Part shown: one piece after another, positions 16,443 to 25,986 of the stretch
Layout: each line of letters begins with the position of its first letter
How positions within the stretch are numbered: the first letter of the stretch is position 1
NCBI GenBank assembly: GCA_017857235.1
Contig: JAFMDN010000004.1
Location: forward strand, 218-64,217
Source of the DNA: Methanobacteriota archaeon
GTDB lineage: Archaea > Thermoplasmatota > Thermoplasmata > Thermoplasmatales > GCA-001856825
Length of the DNA: 64,000 bases
Direction: 5' to 3'
The notes under the pieces: generated by a model
The model's database searches: none
The model's input: only the letters and a program-made list of their open reading frames with translations
What the model was told of the DNA's origin: nothing
Program-made: the position numbers and the translations under genes

Positions 16443-16837
16443 AGGGCTTGGCAGGTAGACAGATTAGAGGTTTACCATTAGGAGCTAAACTTGAGTGTGC
16501 AGATAACACTGGAGCTAAGGTAATTTCGCTAATTAATGTAAAGGCATACCATAATACCAAGGATAGAGTGCCGGTAGCTTCAGTAGGGGATATGATCATA
16601 GCCTCCGTAAAAAAGGGAACTCCTGAAATGAGGAGGAAAGTTGTATATGCAGTTGTAATAAGGCAAAGGAAAGCCTTTAGAAGACCTGATGGCCTAATGG
16701 TAGAATTCGAGGATAATGCCGCCGTCCTGGTTCAGGATAATGGAGAAACCAGAGGAACCGAAATTAAAGGGCCTGTAGCCAAAGAAGCTGCAGAAAGGTG
16801 GCCCAGGGTTGCTGCATTGGCAAGTACTATTATATGA
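16439..16837 (+). CDS. rpl14: 50S ribosomal protein L14
   Basis: 132 aa with LECADNTGAK and IIASVKKG motifs. Confidence 0.95.
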   Translation: MKGLAGRQIRGLPLGAKLECADNTGAKVISLINVKAYHNTKDRVPVASVGDMIIASVKKGTPEMRRKVVYAVVIRQRKAFRRPDGLMVEFEDNAAVLVQDNGETRGTEIKGPVAKEAAERWPRVAALASTII

Positions 16838-16843
16838 GGTGAT

Positions 16844-17284
16844 ATGGTGCAGAAAATAAATGTTCATTTGTCCAAGGAATTGTATGAGAAATATGGAATA
16901 AAGAAATTCCCCGTTCGTAAGGGGGATGTGGTTAGGATTGTCAGGGGGGACTCAAAGAAAGATGATAAAAACAATGTTAAAGGGAAAGAAGGGAAGGTCC
17001 TTCAGGTTCTAAGAGAGGAAGGTAAATTGATAATTGAGAACATAAACATCTCTAAGGCCGATGGTAAAATGAAACCAAGGAAAATTGATGCCTCTAATAC
17101 CATATTAGTAAAATTAAATCTTGATGATAAGCTTAGAAAGGAAAAAATCCTTCAATTGGCAAGGTCAAAGAACAAGGAAGTGGAGGATTTGGATGAAGAA
17201 TCTATTGAAGAAGAGAATCAAGATAAAAATCAGGAATCCAAAGAAAATAAAAATGCTGGGGAAGAGGTGAAGGAGGATGAGTAA
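16844..17284 (+). CDS. rpl24: 50S ribosomal protein L24 with an acidic C-terminal tail
   Basis: 146 aa with a KOW region (VRKGDVVRIVRGD). The last ~35 aa are a low-complexity Glu/Asp/Lys/Asn tail. Confidence 0.9.
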   Translation: MVQKINVHLSKELYEKYGIKKFPVRKGDVVRIVRGDSKKDDKNNVKGKEGKVLQVLREEGKLIIENINISKADGKMKPRKIDASNTILVKLNLDDKLRKEKILQLARSKNKEVEDLDEESIEEENQDKNQESKENKNAGEEVKEDE

Positions 17285-17975
17285 TCACCTGAAGAGATTG
17301 GCAGCACCTAAGACATGGAAGCAGCCCAGGAAAACCTATTATTGGGCGGTAAAAGCTGCACCGGGCCCACATCCGATAGAGCGCTCTATACCACTGCTAG
17401 TTTTCATCAGAGATATTATGAATTTAGCAGATAATTCCAAGGAAGCCAAATCAATAATAATGGCCGGTAAGGTTCTTGTGGATGGGAGAATAGTAAAGAA
17501 TTATAAATTCCCGGTCGGGTTTATGGATGTAATTACGGTTCCATCTGCAAACATTTACATGAGAGTTCTCATAGATAATAATGGAATATTAAGGTTAAAA
17601 GAAATTAAACCTGAGGAATCCACCTGGAAGCTTGTCAAAGTAACATCTAAGAAAATTACTGAAGGTGGAAAGATACAGATAGGAACACATGATGGTAGAA
17701 CAATAATTACAGAACAAAAAAATATTAAGAGAGGAGATACGCTGAAGATTTCTATACCGGACCAGAAAATTATAGACCATCACCCCTTAGTAAAGGATAC
17801 AAAAGTTTACATAACGGGAGGTGCGCACATAGGAACAATAACCGAAATTGAGGACATAGAAATAAGCAGAAGTTACCAAGAAAATACAGTGGACACAAAA
17901 GACAATTTCACTACAACAGTTTCTAATGTTTTCGTTCTGGGAAGGTCAGCTAATGAGATAGGGGGTGTAGCATAA
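17277..17975 (+). CDS. rps4e: 30S ribosomal protein S4e
   Basis: 232 aa with an N-terminal HLKRLAAPKTW signature. Confidence 0.93.
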   Translation: MSNHLKRLAAPKTWKQPRKTYYWAVKAAPGPHPIERSIPLLVFIRDIMNLADNSKEAKSIIMAGKVLVDGRIVKNYKFPVGFMDVITVPSANIYMRVLIDNNGILRLKEIKPEESTWKLVKVTSKKITEGGKIQIGTHDGRTIITEQKNIKRGDTLKISIPDQKIIDHHPLVKDTKVYITGGAHIGTITEIEDIEISRSYQENTVDTKDNFTTTVSNVFVLGRSANEIGGVA

Positions 17976-18490
17976 TGTCGATGGAAGATGTTGTAATTGA
18001 TAAGGTTACAATAAACATAGGTGTAGGGGAAGCCGGTGAAAAGATTGAAAAAGCCAAGAAAGTAATTGAATTGCTTACAGGTAGAACACCTACGGTAACC
18101 CTTGTGAAAGCAACAAATAGGGAATTTGGCATTAGAAAAGGTCAAGCTATAGGTGTAAAGGTCACTTTGAGGGGTGAAGAAGCTGATAAATTCCTGAGGG
18201 AAGCACTTTGGGTGAAAAATAATAAGGCATTGAGCTATTCCTTTTCTAATCAGGCTACTTTCAGTTTCGGCATTTCAGATTATACAGACTTCAAGGGAAT
18301 GAAATATAACCCAGAAATCGGAATATTTGGTATGGACATTAATGTTACTTTTAAGAGAAGAGGTGGGTTCAGGGTTAGCAGGAGGAGAATTAATAGAAGA
18401 CCTATCCCTAAGAAGATCAGGATAAGGAGAGAAGAAATGATGGATTACATGAGAAAAAATTATGGACTGGAAATTGTGGAGGCTGATTAA
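17975..18490 (+). CDS. rpl5: 50S ribosomal protein L5
   Basis: 171 aa. Conserved order and L5/L11e-like sequence. Confidence 0.93.
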   Translation: MSMEDVVIDKVTINIGVGEAGEKIEKAKKVIELLTGRTPTVTLVKATNREFGIRKGQAIGVKVTLRGEEADKFLREALWVKNNKALSYSFSNQATFSFGISDYTDFKGMKYNPEIGIFGMDINVTFKRRGGFRVSRRRINRRPIPKKIRIRREEMMDYMRKNYGLEIVEAD

Positions 18491-18492
18491 CA

Positions 18493-18654
18493 ATGGCTCA
18501 ACCTGTGCTTAGACCGAAAAAGAATTACGGCAGAAACAAGGGCTGCGAAAGATGCGGAAGGAAAAGAGGGATTGTAAGAAGGTATGGCCTCAGATTATGC
18601 AGGCAGTGTTTTAGAGAAGTTGCACCTGAATTAGGATTCAAGAAGTTCTCGTGA
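18493..18654 (+). CDS. rps14: 30S ribosomal protein S14 (zinc-binding type; S29e homologue)
   Basis: Not in the ORF track (53 aa). My translation is [53 protein letters not shown], with CxxC...CxxC. It sits at the expected position between L5 and S8. Confidence 0.9.
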   Translation: MAQPVLRPKKNYGRNKGCERCGRKRGIVRRYGLRLCRQCFREVAPELGFKKFS

Positions 18655-18655
18655 G

Positions 18656-19048
18656 GTGGAAAAAATGGGAGACACATTAAATGAGGCCTTAATTAAGATA
18701 AAAAATGCAGCAAAACTTGGAAAGCCATACGTAGAAGTGAGAACATCCAATCTAGTAGGGAATGTCCTTAAAGTATTTCAGAAGTATGGATACATTGAAG
18801 AATTTGAGTTCAGTGAAAATGGAAAGGGTGGAATATTCAGGGTTAAACTGGCGAAGACAATCAATGACTGCGGAATCATAGTACCAAGATTTTCTATTAA
18901 AAAGGATGAGATTGAAAAGTGGGAAGCTAGATACCTACCGGCCCAGGATATCGGTATTATTGTGATGACAACAACAGAGGGAGTTATAAGCGATATTGAG
19001 GCCAAGTCAAAAGGTTTAGGTGGAAGGGCATTGGCGTATATTTATTGA
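18656..19048 (+). CDS. rps8: 30S ribosomal protein S8
   Basis: 130 aa. Conserved order. The start could be GTG 18656 or ATG 18665. Confidence 0.92.
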   Translation: MEKMGDTLNEALIKIKNAAKLGKPYVEVRTSNLVGNVLKVFQKYGYIEEFEFSENGKGGIFRVKLAKTINDCGIIVPRFSIKKDEIEKWEARYLPAQDIGIIVMTTTEGVISDIEAKSKGLGGRALAYIY

Positions 19049-19058
19049 GGTGGAATAA

Positions 19059-19604
19059 ATGGAAACAGTTATTGAGGTTCCAGAAAAGGTTTCGGTTTCT
19101 TTAGATCCCAACAGCAATATACTTAATGTCAAGGGACCAAGGGGAGAAGTTAAGAAAAAGTTCCTATATGAATTTGTGAAACTGGAACTTACAGATGGCG
19201 GTAAGAGTATCAGGATATACACTCTTAGGGATAAAAGGAACGATAAGGCTGTAGTCGGAACATGGGAATCGATAATCAAGAGTTTATTTATAGGAGTAAC
19301 AAAAGGATTTGTATATACAATGAAGATTGTATACGCTCACTTCCCAGTTAAGGTAACAGTAAAAGGAGATGAAGTAACACTTGATAATTTCCTTGGTGAA
19401 AAGTCTCCAAGGAAAATTAAAATTGATCCCAGTGTAAAGGTGACGGTTAAAGGAGATACAGTTACGCTTGAAGGGAATGATCTAGAACTCTTAGGTAACA
19501 CCGCAGCCAAGATAGAGAGACTTAGCAAGATCAAAAACTTTGATCCCAGGGTATTCCAGGATGGAATTTACATTGTGAGGAAAGGTGATGTACTTGAAGC
19601 CTGA
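19059..19604 (+). CDS. rpl6: 50S ribosomal protein L6
   Basis: 181 aa with the duplicated L6 repeat (VKVTVKGDEVTL / VKVTVKGDTVTL). Confidence 0.93.
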   Translation: METVIEVPEKVSVSLDPNSNILNVKGPRGEVKKKFLYEFVKLELTDGGKSIRIYTLRDKRNDKAVVGTWESIIKSLFIGVTKGFVYTMKIVYAHFPVKVTVKGDEVTLDNFLGEKSPRKIKIDPSVKVTVKGDTVTLEGNDLELLGNTAAKIERLSKIKNFDPRVFQDGIYIVRKGDVLEA

Positions 19605-19989
19605 AATGAGTAAGGAGATGTTACGTTTATTGGAATTAAGGAATGAAATGAACAGAAAAAGACCTGAATTTCATAGACAGGAGTGGTTCAGATATAAGAA
19701 GCTCGGTGATGCCTGGAGGAAGCCCCGTGGAAAACATTCTAAATTGAGGGAGAAAAGAGGATATAGGCATGCATTTGTTGAATCTGGATACAGGGGACCA
19801 AAGCTTGTAAGGTATCTGCACCCGAGTGGTTTCAGGGAGGTTTATGTAACTAACATATCTCAATTAGATAAAGTAGATCCAAAAACTCAAGCTATACGGA
19901 TTTCTGCAACAGTGGGAAAGAAAAAGAAGTTGGAGATACTGGAAAAGGCTAAATCTATGGGAATTAAGGTTCTTAACGGGGGGATTTAA
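19585..19989 (+). CDS. rpl32e: 50S ribosomal protein L32e
   Basis: RQEWFRYKKLGDAWRKPRGKHSKLR signature. An alternative start at ATG 19606, just after the L6 stop, is possible. Confidence 0.9.
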   Translation: MMYLKPEMSKEMLRLLELRNEMNRKRPEFHRQEWFRYKKLGDAWRKPRGKHSKLREKRGYRHAFVESGYRGPKLVRYLHPSGFREVYVTNISQLDKVDPKTQAIRISATVGKKKKLEILEKAKSMGIKVLNGGI

Positions 19990-20445
19990 TTGGTAACGCT
20001 AGCAACCCAGAAGAGGATAGCTGCAGACCTATTAAAAGTTGGTCAAACTAGAGTATGGATCGATCCAAAAAGCTATGAGGAAGTTTCTGAAGCTGTAACC
20101 AGAGAAGATATTAGAAAGCTAATAAAGAGAAATGTAATTCAAAAGAAACCTAAAAAAGGTAATTCCAGGGGCCGCTATAAAAGATTGAAAGCCCAAAAGG
20201 ATAAAGGAAGGAGAAGGGGTCCTGGATCAAGAAAGGGAACTAGAAATGCCAGGGAACCATCTAAAGAAAGGTGGATCAAGAACGTAAGATCAATGAGAAG
20301 GAAACTCAGGGAGTTAAGAGATACCGGAAAAATTGAGAAAAAAGTATATAGAGAGTACTACAGGAAGATAAAAGGAGGAGTTTTCAGGAATACTTCTCAG
20401 CTATTAACCCACTTAAAAGATTACGGTTTGATAAAGGGTGATTAA
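19990..20445 (+). CDS. rpl19e: 50S ribosomal protein L19e
   Basis: 151 aa with LATQKRIAADLLKVGQTRVWIDP at the N-terminus. Confidence 0.93.
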   Translation: MVTLATQKRIAADLLKVGQTRVWIDPKSYEEVSEAVTREDIRKLIKRNVIQKKPKKGNSRGRYKRLKAQKDKGRRRGPGSRKGTRNAREPSKERWIKNVRSMRRKLRELRDTGKIEKKVYREYYRKIKGGVFRNTSQLLTHLKDYGLIKGD

Positions 20446-20943
20446 ATGCATTCAAGATATATTATGCCATTGAAAAGGAGGAGGCTTAATAAGACAAATT
20501 ATAGAAAAAGATTGGCCTTAGTAAAAACTGGAGTTCCAAGGGCTGTTATAAGAAAGTCTTTAAAGCATACCAGAGTAGATATAGTAGAGTACAGGCCATC
20601 TGGTGACAGGGTTGTCTCTCACGGATGCACCATCGAACTTAAGAAATTTGGATGGAAGGCTCCAACGGGAAATTTGCCTTCTGCGTATCTGGCAGGCTAC
20701 ATGTCGGGTCTAAGAGCTAGGAAAAAGGGTATTACAAAGGTATATGCGGACCTCGGATTGCAGAAGGTTGTAAAAGGAGGAAGGTTAATGGCAGCCATAA
20801 AAGGTCTGCTTGATGCGGGCATTGAAATCCCAGTAGATGAGGATTTACTGCCTGATGAATCTCATCTTAAAGGAGAGCATCTGGAATCTGTTGATAATAA
20901 ATCAATTGAAATAGTTAAAAAGGCTATGGAGGAATTGCTATGA
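20446..20943 (+). CDS. rpl18: 50S ribosomal protein L18
   Basis: 165 aa. Conserved order and L18/L5e-like sequence. Confidence 0.92.
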   Translation: MHSRYIMPLKRRRLNKTNYRKRLALVKTGVPRAVIRKSLKHTRVDIVEYRPSGDRVVSHGCTIELKKFGWKAPTGNLPSAYLAGYMSGLRARKKGITKVYADLGLQKVVKGGRLMAAIKGLLDAGIEIPVDEDLLPDESHLKGEHLESVDNKSIEIVKKAMEELL

Positions 20944-21614
20944 GTGACAGTTTAACGGATTGGACACCTAAGACAAAACTTGGGAGGATGGTCAAAGAAG
21001 GAAAATTAAAAACCATATCTGAAGTGCTTGCCACTAGGATGCCCATAAGAGAACCGCAAATAGTGGATATGCTACTTCCAAATCTGGAAGATGAAGTAAT
21101 TGATATTAAGATGGTTCAGAAAATGTCAGATTCAGGCAGGAAATCAAAATTTGCAGCTACGGTAGTGGTGGGGAATAGGAACGGTTATGTAGGAATAGGC
21201 CACGGTAAGGCAAGGGAAACAGGAGATGCAATCGAAAAGGCGCTAGAGAATGCCAAATTGAACATAATAGAAATAAAAAGAGGATGTGGCTCATGGGAAT
21301 GCGGTTGTGGAAGAAGCCATACCGTGCCTTTCGAAGTTGTTGGCAAATCGGGATCGGTTAGGGTTTATTTGAAACCTGCTCCACAAGGTGTAGGACTGGC
21401 AATAGGTGATATACCAAAGAAAGTGCTTGAATTAGCAGGAATTTCAGATACGTGGGGTTTCTCAGAAGGACATACCAAGACATCGGTAAATTTTGCCTAT
21501 GCTACTTTCAATGCCCTTAAGGAGACTGCTAGATTCAAGATAAATGATAAGCTGGTACTCTCAACCCCAATATATAAAGGTGGTGTTATGCATGTACGCA
21601 GTGGTAAAGATTAG
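20940..21614 (+). CDS. rps5: 30S ribosomal protein S5
   Basis: 224 aa with [17 protein letters not shown] and [16 protein letters not shown]. Confidence 0.93.
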   Translation: MSDSLTDWTPKTKLGRMVKEGKLKTISEVLATRMPIREPQIVDMLLPNLEDEVIDIKMVQKMSDSGRKSKFAATVVVGNRNGYVGIGHGKARETGDAIEKALENAKLNIIEIKRGCGSWECGCGRSHTVPFEVVGKSGSVRVYLKPAPQGVGLAIGDIPKKVLELAGISDTWGFSEGHTKTSVNFAYATFNALKETARFKINDKLVLSTPIYKGGVMHVRSGKD

Positions 21615-22074
21615 AGGTTCAAACCATACGAAGGTTGATATAAAATATGCATTAAGAGAGCTAAGACTTCATAGGGTAAACCATCTTGTGCTAATACCAG
21701 AAGATATGATTGGCCAGCTAAAAAAGGTTAAAGACTATGTAACATGGGGAGAAATTGATAAGGAGCATCTCATAAAACTTTTGAAAGAAAGGGGCAAGTT
21801 GTTGGGCGATAAGCCAATTACTGAAGAATGGCTTAAGCAGAACGGGTTCAACAGTTTCCAGGAATTTGCAGAAAAGCTATTGGATGGAAAGATAAAACTT
21901 AAAGATTATCCAGATATTAAGCCAGTATTCAGGATGAATCCTCCTAAGAAGGGTTATGGAAAAACCAAAGAGCCATTTAAACTCGGTGGAAACCTTGGCT
22001 ACAGGGGTATAGAAATAAATAAATTGATAGATAGAATGATTGAGGGTGGTAAAATTGGTCAGGCAAAAAACTAA
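21592..22074 (+). CDS. rpl30: 50S ribosomal protein L30
   Basis: [10 protein letters not shown]... starts at ATG 21592 behind an AAAGGTGGTG SD. The ORF-track start at 21544 lies inside rps5. Confidence 0.9.
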   Translation: MYAVVKIRGSNHTKVDIKYALRELRLHRVNHLVLIPEDMIGQLKKVKDYVTWGEIDKEHLIKLLKERGKLLGDKPITEEWLKQNGFNSFQEFAEKLLDGKIKLKDYPDIKPVFRMNPPKKGYGKTKEPFKLGGNLGYRGIEINKLIDRMIEGGKIGQAKN

Positions 22075-22492
22075 GAAATATAGGGGTACTCTTTACGGAA
22101 GGGGAAAAAAGGCCGGCAGAGGAAAAGGCAAGAGGGGAGGTAGTGGAATGGCTGGCCTTGGCAAGCACAGATGGATATGGATGGTCAAATACGAACCGGA
22201 CCACTATGGATCACATGGATTTGTGAGGCACGCTGTTGAAAGGGAAATTAAGGCAATCAACGTGGGTGAATTAGACAGGAATTATGAGAAGTTCATTTCA
22301 CAAGGTCTCGTCGAAATAAAAAATGATAAGCTATATTTTGATTTAAACAAAATGGGCTATGATGTTCTACTTGGCGGAGGCCAGGTAGGGAGGCCCATGG
22401 TAATAAAAGTTGCTAAGGCCACAGAGAAGGCTGTAGAGAAAATAAAAAATGCGGGCGGCGAGGTAGAAATAGATGGAGATAAAGAGGAATAG
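22055..22492 (+). CDS. rpl15: 50S ribosomal protein L15
   Basis: A (M)[11 protein letters not shown]...GRGKGKRGGSGMAGLGKHRW N-terminus fits L15. TTG 22055 behind GAGGGTGGT is preferred. The track start is TTG 22040. Confidence 0.88.
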   Translation: MVRQKTKKYRGTLYGRGKKAGRGKGKRGGSGMAGLGKHRWIWMVKYEPDHYGSHGFVRHAVEREIKAINVGELDRNYEKFISQGLVEIKNDKLYFDLNKMGYDVLLGGGQVGRPMVIKVAKATEKAVEKIKNAGGEVEIDGDKEE

Positions 22493-24227
22493 GGCAACCG
22501 CTATACCGGTACTGGTCATATTCCTCTTTAACGTTTATCTATTTTATAGGGCTTTCCATTACGATAAAGTATATACAACGGTACTCTCGCTTTCAGTAGC
22601 TCCTTTATATTATCTTACATACCTGCTTATAAGTTACAATGGACCCGGATCTAAATTATATGGCTGGAAGAATTTGGTTAACCATCTTCCTGCTGTAAAG
22701 AAGCCAGGCAGGCATGTGAGATTTAAAGAGAAGTTTCTGTGGACTTCCATTATATTAATAATTTACTTTGCACTGTCAAACATCTATATATATGGTCTAG
22801 ATAGATCGCAAATTATTGATGTGTTTGCATCCTTCAGGAGCATATTCGCAGGTCAGGCTGGATCCATAATGGATCTTGGTATTGGGCCTATAGTAACAGC
22901 ATCAATAATAATGCAATTGTTTGTGGGTGCAAAGATAATAAATATTGACTTAACAAAATCTGAGGATAAGGCTCTTTACCAGGGGGCACAAAAGCTCCTG
23001 GTTATTCTAATGATATTTGTTGAGGCAATTCCACAGGTTTTTGGTTATTTGCCCCCAGATCCAGCATTTATTTCAGCCATGAATGGCTTCCTCCCAGGAT
23101 ATGGATTGATGCTTGCCAGGATGTTCATAATATTCCAGTTGTTCATGGGGTCATATCTTGTATTCCTTATGGATGAGGTTGTATCCAAATGGGGTATAGG
23201 TTCAGGTATATCCTTGTTCATAGCAGCTGGTGTTTCACAGGCCCTGATTACAGGTACACTAAATTGGGTGCCTACCAATACCAATCAGCCTTTGTCCTTG
23301 ACCAACCCTCCAGTTGGTACAATACCTAAAACCTTCTATCTCCTATCGCAATCCAATGCACAAGAACTATTTTCGGTTAGCCTTGAGAGGATATTGTTCG
23401 CCCAGCCAAATCCAGTAATAGCATTAATTGGAACAATATTCGTATTCTATCTGGTCGTATGGGTCCAATCTGTTAAAGTAGAGCTTCCTCTTGCACATGA
23501 AAGGGCTAGGGGAGCAAGGGGAAGATATCCTATACAGTTGATGTATGCTTCAAATATACCTGTAATATTGGCTTCAGCCGTTTTGGCTAATCTTGCCATG
23601 TGGTCTCTTCTATTCTGGACAAACCCCACATTGCAGAAAGTACCTATACTAGGGCACAACTGGTATTTAGGTGCCTATCCATCTCAGAGTCTAGCCCAGC
23701 AACTTAATATCCAACCCACAACTCCCATAGGAGGACTGGCGTGGTATCTCAGCAATCCTAATGGAATAGCAAATTGGCTTTTCCCACTTCTTGATCCCCA
23801 GGCATATACTCTTGAACTGTTCAACCACCCACCATGGGCCATGGGTGTCCATGTTTTGGCATACGTTGCCTTCATGGTAGGAGCTTCTGTATTATTTGCT
23901 AAATTCTGGATCGAGACAACTGGTATGAATTCAGAAGGTGTAGCAAAGCAGATACAGAGCTCCGGTATGCAGATACCCGGTTTCAGAAGGGACCCGAGGG
24001 TCCTTAAGAAAGTTCTTGATAAATATATACCAGCTATAACCATATTCAGCGGAGCAGCAGTGGGAGCTCTCGCTGCAATGGCAGATTTGATAGGTACAGT
24101 CGGTAATGCTTCTGGTACAGGTGTATTGCTAACAGTCGGAATCATAATACAATTCTATCAGGCAATGGGCAAAGAACAGCTTTCGGAAATGTATCCTTTC
24201 ATGAGGGATCTATTTGGAGGTATGTAA
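22473..24227 (+). CDS. secY: Protein translocase subunit SecY (with N-terminal extension)
   Basis: 584 aa. The canonical SecY N-terminus (LPAVKKPGRHVRFKEKFLWT) begins only around residue 72. Multiple TM helices. Conserved position after L15. Confidence 0.92.
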   Translation: MEIKRNRATAIPVLVIFLFNVYLFYRAFHYDKVYTTVLSLSVAPLYYLTYLLISYNGPGSKLYGWKNLVNHLPAVKKPGRHVRFKEKFLWTSIILIIYFALSNIYIYGLDRSQIIDVFASFRSIFAGQAGSIMDLGIGPIVTASIIMQLFVGAKIINIDLTKSEDKALYQGAQKLLVILMIFVEAIPQVFGYLPPDPAFISAMNGFLPGYGLMLARMFIIFQLFMGSYLVFLMDEVVSKWGIGSGISLFIAAGVSQALITGTLNWVPTNTNQPLSLTNPPVGTIPKTFYLLSQSNAQELFSVSLERILFAQPNPVIALIGTIFVFYLVVWVQSVKVELPLAHERARGARGRYPIQLMYASNIPVILASAVLANLAMWSLLFWTNPTLQKVPILGHNWYLGAYPSQSLAQQLNIQPTTPIGGLAWYLSNPNGIANWLFPLLDPQAYTLELFNHPPWAMGVHVLAYVAFMVGASVLFAKFWIETTGMNSEGVAKQIQSSGMQIPGFRRDPRVLKKVLDKYIPAITIFSGAAVGALAAMADLIGTVGNASGTGVLLTVGIIIQFYQAMGKEQLSEMYPFMRDLFGGM

Positions 24228-24776
24228 ATGAGGGTAATAATCGGAGGAATTCCAGGGGTTGGAAAAACCACCGTTCTCAACGAGCTCTCAAAGGCTGGAT
24301 TCAGAGTTGAGAACTATGGCGATGTGATGTTAAAGATTGCCACTGAAAAGGGATATGCAAAATCCAGGGATGAGATGAGGAAACTACCTATAGAAATTCA
24401 AACGGAAATTCAGACAGGTGCAGCAATGTATTTTTCAAAAATCAAGGATGTAATAATAGATACACATTTCTCCATAAAAACACCATCCGGATATCTTCCG
24501 GGCCTACCTCCTCATGTTTTAAAAGCTATAAACCCTGACCTCCTTGTTTCAATTGAAGCAGATGCTCTCGAGATATTTGAAAGAAGGAAAAAAGACTTGC
24601 AGAGGAGCAGAGATGAAGAATCACAGTCAGAGATAAGGATGCATCTTGAAGTCAATAGGACATTCGGCATTGCATATGCATCTTCTATGGGAATACCATT
24701 TATGATCGTAAATAATGAAAATAATAAACCAGAGGAGGCTGCGAAAATAATAATGGAGGTTTTGAAAAGGACATGA
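24228..24776 (+). CDS. adkA: Adenylate kinase, archaeal type
   Basis: 182 aa with the P-loop GIPGVGKTT. Conserved position after secY. Confidence 0.9.
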   Translation: MRVIIGGIPGVGKTTVLNELSKAGFRVENYGDVMLKIATEKGYAKSRDEMRKLPIEIQTEIQTGAAMYFSKIKDVIIDTHFSIKTPSGYLPGLPPHVLKAINPDLLVSIEADALEIFERRKKDLQRSRDEESQSEIRMHLEVNRTFGIAYASSMGIPFMIVNNENNKPEEAAKIIMEVLKRT

Positions 24777-25435
24777 CTCAAAATACCATGACTAAAGAGC
24801 AGCAGGAAGCAATGCGAAAGTCTGTCAGGACACAGATGACATATTTATTTATAATGATATTACTTTTATTTGTTTATACAACCCCCATCATCAGATATTA
24901 CTTTTCACTTCCCATGTTTTATATCCTCCAACCAGTAATAGGCTTTAATTACCAGAATCCAATTATTACCATATTTCTGGCAGCTCTAATTACCGCATTA
25001 ATAAACTCGGGAGCAAGACATTTCTTCATGGATTATTTTAAGATGGCGGAGATTCAGCATAGGAACAGGAAATTTTCTCAGCAAATGAGGGAAGCTATCA
25101 GGAGAAATGATAAAAAGGAAATTGAGAGAATAAGGGGAGAACAGATGAAGTATCTACCAGAAACCATGAACCTAACGCAACAGCAAATGAAGCCTACTTA
25201 TATAACACTCTTAATTTCAGTTCTCATTTTTGCATGGCTCATTAACTTTATGTTTGTAGCACACCAGCAGGGAACATCTATAGTGAAATCACCCTTTGGT
25301 GTTGGTGACCTGATGAAAGCCTATTATGGTTTTTACCTATGGATATTGCTCTACATGATTTTCAGTTTTGTTCTTTCATACCCAATCCAGTATGTTTTCC
25401 GTTTGCTATACTTGAAGAGAAGTGTTAGTTCATGA
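24773..25435 (+). CDS. DUF106 / EMC3-TMCO1-like membrane protein (archaeal YidC/Oxa1-superfamily homologue)
   Basis: 220 aa with TM helices flanking a charged coiled-coil segment (HRNRKFSQQMREAIRRNDKKEIERIRGEQMK). Conserved secY-adk-DUF106-cmk order in archaea. Confidence 0.75.
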   Translation: MTQNTMTKEQQEAMRKSVRTQMTYLFIMILLLFVYTTPIIRYYFSLPMFYILQPVIGFNYQNPIITIFLAALITALINSGARHFFMDYFKMAEIQHRNRKFSQQMREAIRRNDKKEIERIRGEQMKYLPETMNLTQQQMKPTYITLLISVLIFAWLINFMFVAHQQGTSIVKSPFGVGDLMKAYYGFYLWILLYMIFSFVLSYPIQYVFRLLYLKRSVSS

Positions 25436-25986
25436 GAATTACTATTTCTGGTCCACCGGGCAGCGGTAAAACTACTATTGCCAACAGTTTGGCAAGGGAA
25501 TACAATTTAGAGGTTATCACCGGAGGTCTCATATTTAGACGCTATGCAAAGTCTCTGGGGATAAGCCTGGAGGAGCTTGGAAAGATGGCTGAAAAGGATC
25601 CAAAAATAGATATGGAGCTCGATAGGTATCTACTGGAGGAGATGAGAAACAAAGACAATATAATTGTTGAATCAAGGCTTGCAGGCTGGTTAGCATATAA
25701 AAATGGAATTCCGGCATTTAAAATATTCATAACAGCTGATGAGGAAACGCGGGTGCAGAGAATAATAGGATCGATGAGAACTAGAGAGGGTGAATCTTCT
25801 TCAGATGTTTTGAAGGCCATGAGGACAAGGGAAAAATCTGAATCTGAGAGGTATAAAAAATACTATGGAGCAGATTACAATGACTTAACTATATACGATC
25901 TAATCATTGATTCTACAGATTTGACCACAGAGCAGGTTTTGAAGGTGATTAAAGATGCCCTGGATATTCGGCAAAAAACCGTCTGA
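25432..25986 (+). CDS. cmk: Cytidylate kinase, archaeal type
   Basis: 184 aa starting MRITISGPPGSGKTT (P-loop). Conserved position. Confidence 0.88.
   Translation: MRITISGPPGSGKTTIANSLAREYNLEVITGGLIFRRYAKSLGISLEELGKMAEKDPKIDMELDRYLLEEMRNKDNIIVESRLAGWLAYKNGIPAFKIFITADEETRVQRIIGSMRTREGESSSDVLKAMRTREKSESERYKKYYGADYNDLTIYDLIIDSTDLTTEQVLKVIKDALDIRQKTV

Noticed and set aside
23684-24145. Long antisense ORFs inside conserved genes, for example 23684-24145(-) in secY, 8043-8486(-) in nrdJ, 56980-57309(-) in rpoB, 36132-36548(+) in the permease and 33411-33806(-) in coaBC
   Set aside because: These are shadow ORFs opposite strongly conserved coding sequence. They have odd composition (Ser/Pro/Leu-rich) and no start context or motifs. 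Such ORFs are expected by chance in AT-rich genomes with codon bias.
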